NCBI GenBank assembly: GCA_019058245.1
Contig: JAHPZJ010000010.1
Location: 64,001 to 128,000 of the forward strand
DNA: 64,000 bases
Reading direction: 5' to 3'
From: Promethearchaeota archaeon
GTDB lineage: Archaea > Asgardarchaeota > Lokiarchaeia > Sigyniarchaeales > SOKP01
A model generated the notes under the pieces. It saw nothing but the letters and a program-made list of their open reading frames with translations. It ran no database searches and was not told the origin of the DNA. Shown here one piece after another: positions 51,713-61,331 of the stretch (within the stretch, counting starts at the first letter, position 1; every line of letters starts with the position of its first letter). The position numbers were made by a program, and so were the translations under genes.

Positions 51713-52738
51713 ATGGAGAAAATCATAGTTTTAGGAGGAAAAGGAGGAGTCGGGAAGAGTTCTATTAGTGCTGCTACAGCTGTGTTACTTTCAGATCTAC
51801 TTCCTGAGAAAAAAATTTTACTTATTTCTTTTGATATGGCCCATAACCTTAGTGATTTATTCAAATTAAAAATTGGAGATAAACTAACATTATTAAATAA
51901 AAATTTATGGGGTATTGAACCCGATGCGGATAGTTATGCTAAGAAATATACAAAGGATTTAATAGAAAAAATGAAAACCCTTACAAGACAAATGCCACTT
52001 GTAGGAATGCTACCTCAAATTGAAAAATTTATAGATAAAACATTTACTGCTGATTCCATTCCATTGGCTTTAAAAAATGCTATGTTTTTTCAACAAATAC
52101 TAGATGCTGAGGATATTAATACTCAAAATATTCAATTTGATATTATAATTGCAGATTTTCCCCCTACAGCAAACATGATTACTCTTTTTGAAATACCTGA
52201 AGATCAAGTAAAAGTAGTGCTCAAATACTCATTAAATTTCTATAATTCTATTAAAGGTGCTATTCGAAATATCTCAAAAATGTGGAGAAATATAGTTAAA
52301 CCTTTTGATGATCAAGAGGAAAGAAGAGAGTTAGGGAAAGATATTTTCAACATGATTGTTGAATTAGAAAAGCGTGGAGAACGAATCTCAGACCTAATTC
52401 ACAATATTGGATCACTTAGACTAGTAACTATAGCTGAAAAACCAAGTTTTGAAGAAATCAAAAGAGCTAGAGATTTAACACAGCGTTATATTAAATTAGA
52501 GGGTATCCATATAAATATGATTATCCCGGAACCAAAAAAATGTGATTTTTGCGAAAAAATTAGAAATCTTCAACTTAGCTATACTACCGCAATTAAAAAA
52601 GAATTTAAAAAATTAAAAATCTGGCAATCAGAAAAACTTAAAGAAGAACCGATAGGATTAGATGGTTTGAGAGCTCTTGCTTATGAAGTTTATGGAGATA
52701 ATATTAGTGCTGAGGAGATTTTAAAGCCTAAGATGTAA
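51713..52738 (+). CDS. ArsA/GET3-family ATPase
   Basis: GGKGGVGKSS, D.AHNLSD, DFPPT, CDFC, EP.G. Confidence 0.9.
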   Translation: MEKIIVLGGKGGVGKSSISAATAVLLSDLLPEKKILLISFDMAHNLSDLFKLKIGDKLTLLNKNLWGIEPDADSYAKKYTKDLIEKMKTLTRQMPLVGMLPQIEKFIDKTFTADSIPLALKNAMFFQQILDAEDINTQNIQFDIIIADFPPTANMITLFEIPEDQVKVVLKYSLNFYNSIKGAIRNISKMWRNIVKPFDDQEERRELGKDIFNMIVELEKRGERISDLIHNIGSLRLVTIAEKPSFEEIKRARDLTQRYIKLEGIHINMIIPEPKKCDFCEKIRNLQLSYTTAIKKEFKKLKIWQSEKLKEEPIGLDGLRALAYEVYGDNISAEEILKPKM

Positions 52739-52884
52739 TTTCCGACAAAGTGAGTAATTTTTTATCTTTAGTATGGATTAAGAGCTTTTATTTTTAACTT
52801 AAAATTAGTTTTCTATTTCATGTAAATCTTTTTGAAATAGAATATATTTTGTAAAACTAAAAAGTTAAGATTATTAAGCGAAAA

Positions 52885-53343
52885 GTGAGGTTAATTATGA
52901 AAATAACTGATGATATGAAGAATAATATAAAGGAACATTATGGATATACAGATGAGGAATTAGAAACTTTATTTGAAAATCCTAGAAATATTGAGGCAAT
53001 TTCAAAATCATTGGGATTATTAGATCGAACTATCGTAATTGAAGTCGTTTGCTCTCATGGTTGTACTGCGCAACATAAAATAGGAGATAAATTTTATTTT
53101 AATGGAATAGGACAATTACTTACAAGGTATTGTCCTAAAAAAATTTGTATATATGCTTTAAGTGCATTAGACCATTTAATCTTTGCTGCAAATGAATTGT
53201 ATTATGCGGGTGTTGATTCTAATGAAATGAGGTTTAAACGTGCTGACTGTAAAGCCGATGTTGGTTTAAAGTGTGGAGGATTTGGTAAAATAGTAATGGA
53301 AATTAAAGTTGAAGATAGAAAAAAAATTCAAATTGGAAAATAA
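52885..53343 (+). CDS. Cys-rich hypothetical protein (TIGR04076-like)
   Basis: GC...HKIGDKF, ICIYA, C.ADVG..CGG.G. Confidence 0.7.
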   Translation: MRLIMKITDDMKNNIKEHYGYTDEELETLFENPRNIEAISKSLGLLDRTIVIEVVCSHGCTAQHKIGDKFYFNGIGQLLTRYCPKKICIYALSALDHLIFAANELYYAGVDSNEMRFKRADCKADVGLKCGGFGKIVMEIKVEDRKKIQIGK

Positions 53344-53516
53344 ATAATTTTAAGGATTCTAGAGAAATAAAAACCTAAAATTTATTTTTTTTATGATAAG
53401 TTATGGAATAGTTTTTTTATTATTTTAGAAATAAGGGGAAGGATATAAATTTTTTAAGATCCTGATCTATTTTTTGTTGTATTGCTTGATTCTTAATTAA
53501 GAAATTCATTAATATT

Positions 53517-54671
53517 TTACTTATTCATCTTTCTTTTTCTTGCAAGTTCCATAGATTTATTTAATATACCATTAAAAAGCTCTACATTTTTAAATAAATT
53601 GATTTCCTCACCACAGCTCATCCTTAGTAGTTCTAATACAGATAAAACCTTGTATTTTTTCATTTGAATTCGATAATCAAATGCAAAAGTAGAAATACAC
53701 CCGGGGCAAGTATTAATTATATATTTGGTATTTGCTTTCTTAAATTCTCTAAATCTTTTCGTTCGGATTTTTTCCATAAGGTTTCGATTCAATAAACTAA
53801 GAGACAAACCGCAACATAACGCATTCTCACGATTATGCTCTAATTCTATTATTTCACAACCAGTTAGTTCAACAATTTTTCGAGGATAATCCAATAACTC
53901 GGGGTATTTTTTTACAACACAAGAATCATGAAAAGCGACTTTGAGATTCAATTTATTTGTTATTTTTAAATCACCTGCTTCAATTGCTTTCACAATATAT
54001 TCCCAAATTGAAATTACCTCAAAATCATTAGAAATTCTTTTATATTCAGTTTTATAAGCTTCATAACATTCATTACAAAAAAGAATTAATCGTTTAGCTC
54101 CTAAGCTAGAAAATCTAGAATATAAATGATCTTCAAAGTCAATATTCGGAAGAGGCATACACGCTCTATGATAAACTTCACCACAACAAAAATCAATACC
54201 TCCTACAAGAGTCTTTCCTTCTAATAACCCTTCAAGTGTAGGATTTTTATATAGATATTGCATAAGATACGAAATTGCGCACCCCAATACAACCAGTTCT
54301 TCAGATTTCGAAGGTGATTTCCATTCTTCCAAATTCTTTGCTTCTTCAGGACTCATCATTACTTTTTCATAAAATTTATAAACATTTGGTTTATTAAATG
54401 GGAATATAAATTTACTTGAACTTCGAATTTTGCCATTTTCCTCTAATTCTTTTATTTTTGCTAATTTCAGTTCTTTAATTAAATATGATGGAGTTAAATC
54501 ATTAGGACAATTTAAATCGCAGGTTCCACAAATTGCACATTGGTCAACAATAAAACTCGATCCATTAATAAGATTCTCAATTTCTTCCATAGCTTGATCG
54601 ATATTCAAATCTATTATAGGACAGCTTTCTAAGCATACTCCACATCTTACACACTCATTTAAATCAAACAT
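53517..54671 (-). CDS. Fe-S oxidoreductase with CCG domains (HdrD/GlpC-like)
   Basis: Two CxxCxxCxxxCP motifs, FCCG, HDSC, LCCG, CPGC. Confidence 0.9.
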   Translation of the reverse strand: MFDLNECVRCGVCLESCPIIDLNIDQAMEEIENLINGSSFIVDQCAICGTCDLNCPNDLTPSYLIKELKLAKIKELEENGKIRSSSKFIFPFNKPNVYKFYEKVMMSPEEAKNLEEWKSPSKSEELVVLGCAISYLMQYLYKNPTLEGLLEGKTLVGGIDFCCGEVYHRACMPLPNIDFEDHLYSRFSSLGAKRLILFCNECYEAYKTEYKRISNDFEVISIWEYIVKAIEAGDLKITNKLNLKVAFHDSCVVKKYPELLDYPRKIVELTGCEIIELEHNRENALCCGLSLSLLNRNLMEKIRTKRFREFKKANTKYIINTCPGCISTFAFDYRIQMKKYKVLSVLELLRMSCGEEINLFKNVELFNGILNKSMELARKRKMNK

Positions 54672-54809
54672 AATTACTTATACTATTGATTTGGTATTAT
54701 CAGTATTTTTTATTAATAAAAATATTTGATAATTCTAATAATAAAACATTTTTAAATAAATTAAAGGTAATTTTGAAAGAATAGATGAAAAATAAAAAAT
54801 ATTGACTAT

Positions 54810-54909
54810 TTATGGCCCCTCAAAAAAAACAGTGGATGTAGTTATATTGTTCCTCGGTCAGTTTATCAATCTCAACGCCCTTTGATTGCAGTTTTAGGAA
54901 TCCTATCAT
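54810..54909 (-). pseudogene. decayed copy of the ahcY 3' end
   Basis: Translates MIGFLKLQSKGVEIDKLTEEQYNYIHCF versus AhcY C-terminus MVGFLKLQSMGVEIDKLTEEQYNYIHGF; 1-nt insertion in an A-run. Confidence 0.88.
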
Positions 54910-55152
54910 AAATACATAAGAAATATTCCAATTATTTTGGAGCGTTAAGTAAAAGAGCTCTATATTCGCCAGAACTCGAAAAAATGTTGGAAAAGATCAT
55001 TAGTAGTTCATTATAGGAGAAACTGAATCAGAGAAAAAAAGATATCTCTATTTTACTTGTACTATTCTATTTTTATGAATAAATCATTAGAAAAATCTTT
55101 TTATTATAGAAGAAGTTTGAATTCATAATCCTATAAATAAGGAATTATTAAA

Positions 55153-56598
55153 ATGGTACGTTATAAGTGGACTGTATTAATAATAACGACTATTGGAGTA
55201 TTTATGTCTTCTTTAGATGCAAGTATCGTAAATATTGCGATACCTTCTCTTTCAAGAGATTTAAAAACATCATTTGAAGTTGTCCAATGGATTCCGATAA
55301 TATATTTGTTAGTTCAAGCAGTTACGCTCATCGGTTTCGGGAGATTATCGGACTTAAAAGGAAGAAAATTATTTTTTTTGTTTGGAATCTTTCTTTTTAC
55401 ATTTGCAAGTTTTTTTTCTACATTTGCAGCCTCTGGAATTATATTAGTAATTTTTAGAGCTATCCAAGGTCTTGGTAGTTCCTTTATATCAGCGAATGCT
55501 CCTTCTATGATAACAGACATTTTTCCTCGAGAAGAGACTGGTAAAGCGTTAGGTATTAATGTTGCAACTATATATTTAGGATTAATTATTGGACCCGTTT
55601 TAGGAGGAATAATTGTCCAATTTTCCACTTGGAGGCTTATATTCTTTATAAACGTTCCAATAGGATTTATACTCATAATTGTGGGATGGTTTAAGCTAAG
55701 AAAAGTAAATCCGGGAATAAAAGAAGAGAGATTTGATATTTGGGGGACACTACTCTTTATGTCATTCTTAGTTACTTTGCTTTTAGCATTGACCATCGCT
55801 AACCTAGTTGGATGGGGTTCTATTCAAGTTATTTTATTATTGATTATTTCAACATCAAGTATTATCTTATTCATTTATATAGAAAGTAAAGCAAAATATC
55901 CATTATTTAAACTAAGTTTATTTAGAAGAAATAGAGTGTTTTCATTTGCTAATTTTGCCGCTTTATTCAATTATACAGCAATATCTGGGGTTAGTTTTTT
56001 ACTTTCAATATATCTTCAATCAATATTAGGAATCTCGCCTGCTATTACGGCTTTATTTTTATTACCGACAACAATTACAATGGCCAGTATAGCCCCATTA
56101 AGTGGGAGATTTTCAGATAAATGGGGAACTAGGATTTTAACGACGTTAGGTATGGTTATTATGGCGATTGGATATGTCATTTTAAGTATATTTATAAGAT
56201 TTTTACCTATAATATATATTCTAATAACCCAATTTGTGGTTGGATTTGGGATTGGACTATTCTCTTCTCCGAATAATTCTGCTATCATGAATGCTGTAGA
56301 ACCAAAAGATCACGGGATTGCTGCTGGAACTCTTTCTACCATGCGTGTGGTTGGACAATCAATTAGCGTAGCATTATTAAGTGCAATATTAACTCTTTTC
56401 ATCCCTCTCTCCATTCTAAATCCAATATTATCAAATTCAACATTACTAACAGATCCTACTGCAAAACAAGAATTCATAATAGGTATGCAAATTTTATTAA
56501 TTGTTTCATCAATAATTTGCTTTATTGGGGCTTTCTTGTCATATATGAGAGGGAAAAAAGCTTTAAATGACAATATTGATTTTAAAAAAGCTATATAA
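55153..56598 (+). CDS. MFS drug efflux transporter, DHA2 (EmrB/QacA) type
   Basis: FM..LDASIVNIAIP, GRLSD..GRK, FRAIQGLG, GPVLGG, WR.IFFINVPIG. Confidence 0.94.
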   Translation: MVRYKWTVLIITTIGVFMSSLDASIVNIAIPSLSRDLKTSFEVVQWIPIIYLLVQAVTLIGFGRLSDLKGRKLFFLFGIFLFTFASFFSTFAASGIILVIFRAIQGLGSSFISANAPSMITDIFPREETGKALGINVATIYLGLIIGPVLGGIIVQFSTWRLIFFINVPIGFILIIVGWFKLRKVNPGIKEERFDIWGTLLFMSFLVTLLLALTIANLVGWGSIQVILLLIISTSSIILFIYIESKAKYPLFKLSLFRRNRVFSFANFAALFNYTAISGVSFLLSIYLQSILGISPAITALFLLPTTITMASIAPLSGRFSDKWGTRILTTLGMVIMAIGYVILSIFIRFLPIIYILITQFVVGFGIGLFSSPNNSAIMNAVEPKDHGIAAGTLSTMRVVGQSISVALLSAILTLFIPLSILNPILSNSTLLTDPTAKQEFIIGMQILLIVSSIICFIGAFLSYMRGKKALNDNIDFKKAI

Positions 56599-56702
56599 AT
56601 TCCAATTTAATACTCAAAATTAAAATATAATATTTCGGAAGCAGAATTTGAAATTGAAAAGATATTAAAAAAATAAAAAAAATTGCTTTCAAAAATGATT
56701 AT

Positions 56703-58003
56703 TCATGTCCCCTCAAGAAAACCGTGGATATAATTATATTGCTCTTCAGTTAGTTTATCAATCTCAACGCCCATGGATTGAAGTTTTAAAAAGCCCACCA
56801 TGTCATCTATCTCTACTGGAACATCTATCATTCCTGACTTTAATTTATCTTTATTTTTTACGATATACTCAGACATTAAAGATTGTAAGCCAAATGACAT
56901 ATCCATGACTTCAGCGGGATGCCCTTCAGAGAGCACTAAATTAGCCAAGCGTCCTTTTGCAAGTAAATATACTTTCTTACCATTAGGCATTAGCAGTTCT
57001 TCTACATTTGAACGAATAGGTTTTATCTCCTTTGCGTAATCGTAGAGCTCTTTAGTTGGAATTTATTGATTTAACACGAAATATGTGCAAAATTTTCAAT
57101 ATCAAAGTGCCCTAAATTACCCAAAATAACTCCCTCCTTCAATTTGTCGAACACTTCTTTTCTCGGAGCAATGACATGTTTACATCCTGTAGCAGTTAGA
57201 ATTATATCTGCGTCCTGTAAAGCTTTCTCAATAGGCATAACTTGATAACCTGAGAATTTAGCTTGGAGGGCCTTAATTGGATCAACTTCAGTTACAATTA
57301 CATTCGCACCAAGACCCCTTGCCCTCAAAGCCATCCCACTACTGCAATGTCCATATCCAGCAATAACTACATTCTTTCCAGCAAAAAGAACATGCATTCC
57401 ATAAATTGCAGAAACTATACCTTGACCTGTACCTAATTCATTATCAAATTGATTCTTACATCGAGCATCATTAACAGGAAATAGTGGCACTTTTAATACT
57501 CCTTGTTTATCCATTGCCCTGAATCTTTTAACTCCAGTGGTAGTTTCTTCCTGACACGCAAGAATGTTATCAGAATTTATAAGATTTTCATATTCTTGAT
57601 GAGCAGTGACTATCATATCACCGCCATCATCTATCAATATATTTGGTTTGGCGTCTAAACATTTCCTTATACACCAATAGAATTCTTCATCAGTATTACC
57701 ATGCCAAGCAAAGACATTAATTCCTTCCTTTATTAATGCTGCAGCTACATCATCCTGAGTTGATAAAGGGTTACTACCGCACAGATAGACTTCAGCACCA
57801 CCCGCTTTAAGAGTCAAAGCAAGATTACCCGTTTCTTTCGTTACATGTAAACAACCAGCTACTGTTATATCCTTTAGTGGTTTTTCTTTTTGAAATCTTT
57901 CACGAATCACCTTAGCAGTTACAGGCATTTTACTTTCTGCAATATACAGTGCTTCTTTTCCTTTTTCAGCTAGACTTTCATCAGCTACTTTATAATTGAC
58001 CAT
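56703..58003 (-). CDS. ahcY: S-adenosylhomocysteine hydrolase, two exons (58003..57095 + 57062..56703; 422 aa spliced)
   Basis: GCLHVTKET, SNPLSTQD, DDGGD, EETTTGV, K..FDN..GTG, GYG, ATG, GHFDIE|IP, GRLANL, GHPAEVMD.SF, LT.EQ..Y. Confidence 0.95.
57063..57094 (-). other. 32-nt putative BHB intron in ahcY mRNA
   Basis: ATTG-AA|A-ATTTTGCAC(ATATTTC)GTGTTAAAT-CAAT-AA|A; excision at the BHB cut sites restores the frame. Confidence 0.85.
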
Positions 58004-58122
58004 TTAAATCACTTTATTTTTTGTAAGAATATTAATTTTAATTAATTAATAAAACTTTTTTTGGTCAAGTGCAATTAATTTATATATAATATTTAACATT
58101 TAATTAATAATAAGAAAAAAAA

Positions 58123-59094
58123 TTGGATATTTGTCATAATTTGAATAATATCATAGATCAAGTAGAAGCCCAAAAATTTATAAAAAACTTAAGTGGAAAA
58201 ACCAAATTTATCATTTCAAAAATTTCACATGCGCTTGGACTCTCTAGGCAAACCTATCAAAATAAACTTGATAGTTTGAGAGTTCAAAAAATAATTAAGA
58301 ATTTTACAATAAACATTAATCCAAATATTCGTCCAAATGCCTTGAAATATGTAATGATGGAAATCAAAACCAATCCAAAAGAACCTAAGCTAGTAAAAGA
58401 ATTATTAGATATACCTCAACTAAGAATGTTGGATGGTATTATTGGAGATTTTTCATTATTTGCCTTATTTGTCTTTAAATCTCCTGAAGAATACTATCAA
58501 ATTTTAAATAATATTGATAAAATTATGGCAAAGTCATACTTTAAAAAATATCAAATTATTGACACCATAAAAGTATTTAAAACAAATGGAATTAGTCTTA
58601 AAAATTTAAAAGTGACTGAATTAGACGATATTGATTATGAAATTTTGAATATACTTCGAGATAATCAAGGACTTAAGCCAATATCCACTTATGAGATAAG
58701 AAATATATTTAAAGAAAAACTTCAGAATGAAATATCTCAATCAACGATTCATAACAGAATTAAAAAACTCGAAGAGCAAGATATTATTTTAAATTATACT
58801 ATTAATTTTTATCCAAAGAAAATTGGGTTCGAAGGAAAATATCTCCTTCGAATTAAACCAAAAGATCCATCAAAATATAGCGAACTTGCTTTCAAATTGG
58901 ATATGAACAAGAAGATTACTGATTTATTTCGAATAGGTGAGCAATATGGACTCTTTGCAATTGTGAGAGTAAAAAAAATAGAAGATTATGCTTCATTTAT
59001 AAGAGATTTATATAGTACAGAAGATATTGAAGATACTTATACAAATTTTGTATTGGATGAATTAAAACCATATTTAAATTTCTCATTGTTTTAA
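58123..59094 (+). CDS. tandem-duplicated Lrp/AsnC-family regulator
   Basis: Two HTH+RAM units; LDDIDYEIL..L, SQSTIHNRIKKLE..DII..YT; divergent from ahcY. Confidence 0.88.
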   Translation: MDICHNLNNIIDQVEAQKFIKNLSGKTKFIISKISHALGLSRQTYQNKLDSLRVQKIIKNFTININPNIRPNALKYVMMEIKTNPKEPKLVKELLDIPQLRMLDGIIGDFSLFALFVFKSPEEYYQILNNIDKIMAKSYFKKYQIIDTIKVFKTNGISLKNLKVTELDDIDYEILNILRDNQGLKPISTYEIRNIFKEKLQNEISQSTIHNRIKKLEEQDIILNYTINFYPKKIGFEGKYLLRIKPKDPSKYSELAFKLDMNKKITDLFRIGEQYGLFAIVRVKKIEDYASFIRDLYSTEDIEDTYTNFVLDELKPYLNFSLF

Positions 59095-59246
59095 ACGTAA
59101 TGATTCATAATATTGTAATAATTATAAGTCTTACAAAATATTTAGTGAAAGATTAGTTAAATTCATAAATTCTTAATAATTTTGAGAGATTTCATAATTT
59201 AAAGTTAAAAAATTTATATTACTAAATAATATTTTTTTATGAAGAT

Positions 59247-61331
59247 ATGACATATCTCTTTGAAGTTTTAGCCACTAAGATTGGTTATTCTAGAATTGGA
59301 CGAATTCTATTTTCTAAAGAACGAAAATTATATATTTCGACACCTAATTTAATTGTTCCTATAAAAAGTGCATTAATGAAACAATTGAACTTTATCCAAG
59401 AGTTTGAGGATCATAAGATTTTCACTATTTCAAAAGAATTTTTCTTAAAAATTGGATTTTTACGAGAGAAATTTATAAATAATGGATTTATTTTCACTTA
59501 TCCTGGAACAATTCAGAAATTTCAAAATATATTAGAAAAAAATACCAGAATTTTTACTGAGGATAACATAATATCAATCATTCCGTTTAATATCCCTACT
59601 ACTAGCATTAATAAAGAATTTGCTCTAACAGAGATAAAAAATTATCTTCAATATGCAGAAAAAATTGTAAAAAATTATCCCAATTTAAATTTCGGCTTAT
59701 CAATAAGAACATTTGATTTTGCTGAATTATTTGGTCTTTTTGTTGAAACTATAAATCAATTCGAAAATATTAAAATATTGAATTTAGTTGACCTTTTTGA
59801 TAATTTAAGTAACTTTAGAAATAAGCTAAAAATTATCTCGAGGATAAAGAGAGAATTAGATAATAACTTAATTTTAATGGCCTCAGGCAGGATTATTCCA
59901 AAATATTATCCATTATTAGTATATTTAGGGATAGATCTAATTGATTGTTCATATTCACTGTTTTTATCCGCTGAAAACTTCTATGATACGATAGAGTATC
60001 TATTACCTATATATAAGATAAAATATTTTCCTTGTTCTTGCATAGCTTGTAAAGACAATTTAAAAACTAAAATTAAGAATAAATATTCCTCTGAAAAAAT
60101 TGACTTATTGTGTATACACAATTTAATTACCGCCTCAAATTACATGAATAAGATTAAACAGTATTTGAATTATGAAGAGTTCCGAGGGTTTGTAGAAAAA
60201 TCTTCTATGGATGATATAAATTTAATTTCGATATTAAGAGTATTAGATAAAAAATATTATGAAGATCTTAAGTACGAAACGCCACTAATACAAAAAAATA
60301 AAATAGTAAAAAGTCTAGGTCCTTCATCATATCATAGACCAGATTTTCAATTTTTTAGAGAAAATACAATTAAATTTTTTGAATCCGAATATTGGACTAA
60401 TTTAATAATTCTATTACCTTGTTCAGCAAAAAAGCCTTATTCACAATCAAAATCACATAAAAAGTTTTACAATATTATAAGGAAATTTAGAGAATTTCCT
60501 AATTTTCAAGAGTTTATTTTAACTTCACCTTTAGGAGTAATACCAAGACAGTTGGAAAATGTATATCCTGTTAATGCTTATGATATCTCCGTTACGGGTG
60601 AATGGGATAATGAAGAAATCAATATTACATCTGAAATGCTTGTTAAATTATTGGAAAAATATGATAAAAATATCCCTATAATAAGTCATTTACAAAATGG
60701 ATATCTTGAAATTGTCAAGAGAGCATCCTCCAAATTACCTCATAAATTTTACTTTTCCGAAATTGAAGATAAAATGACTTCCAATAAATCACTTCAATCA
60801 TTAGAAGAACTGATTAAAAAGTATAAAGATTTATATCAAGTTAAAATTGAAAATCCAAATAAAGACTATTTATCAAAAACATGGAGTAGAAAGATTGTAA
60901 AAGTTTTAGATTATCAATTTGGAATTGGCTCAGGAAATAAAATTAATTCCAATGGTTTAAAACTGGATCATTTAAAAGCTAATAATAAGAGTGATATAAG
61001 AGATTTAAAAACTCAAGAAAAATTGGGTGTATTTAATTTTTCAACAGGTCAAATCATACTATCAATTAAAGGGCTTAGAAAATTAGTTCAATCTCCTCAA
61101 ACGATTAGTTCTCACTATATTGTTTTCGATGGGGACGAAATTCAAGGAAATACATTATTTCGTAAGGGTGTATCAGAATATAGTCAAGATCTTATCCCTT
61201 ACAGTCAAGTGATGATAGTTAATAAAGAAAAGAAAGAGATCATTGGGAGTGGAGAATTAATTGTTAGTTCTAATTTCATAAAAAATTCTAAAAATGGGAG
61301 AATTGCAAAAATCTATGAACCAACGCAATAA
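59247..61331 (+). CDS. arcS: archaeosine synthase subunit (TGT-like + PUA)
   Basis: SRIG..TP, LVYLGID, CSC.AC...HN, LLPCSAKKPYS.SKSH, LTSPLGVIPR.LE..YP...YDI.VTG.W, PUA tail. Confidence 0.9.
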   Translation: MTYLFEVLATKIGYSRIGRILFSKERKLYISTPNLIVPIKSALMKQLNFIQEFEDHKIFTISKEFFLKIGFLREKFINNGFIFTYPGTIQKFQNILEKNTRIFTEDNIISIIPFNIPTTSINKEFALTEIKNYLQYAEKIVKNYPNLNFGLSIRTFDFAELFGLFVETINQFENIKILNLVDLFDNLSNFRNKLKIISRIKRELDNNLILMASGRIIPKYYPLLVYLGIDLIDCSYSLFLSAENFYDTIEYLLPIYKIKYFPCSCIACKDNLKTKIKNKYSSEKIDLLCIHNLITASNYMNKIKQYLNYEEFRGFVEKSSMDDINLISILRVLDKKYYEDLKYETPLIQKNKIVKSLGPSSYHRPDFQFFRENTIKFFESEYWTNLIILLPCSAKKPYSQSKSHKKFYNIIRKFREFPNFQEFILTSPLGVIPRQLENVYPVNAYDISVTGEWDNEEINITSEMLVKLLEKYDKNIPIISHLQNGYLEIVKRASSKLPHKFYFSEIEDKMTSNKSLQSLEELIKKYKDLYQVKIENPNKDYLSKTWSRKIVKVLDYQFGIGSGNKINSNGLKLDHLKANNKSDIRDLKTQEKLGVFNFSTGQIILSIKGLRKLVQSPQTISSHYIVFDGDEIQGNTLFRKGVSEYSQDLIPYSQVMIVNKEKKEIIGSGELIVSSNFIKNSKNGRIAKIYEPTQ

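Noticed and set aside
56703-58003. ahcY as a pseudogene or single-base sequencing frameshift
   Set aside because: The break is a discrete 32-nt structured insert, both parts retain all motifs I can check, and BHB-predicted cuts restore the frame. Not formally excluded without RNA data.
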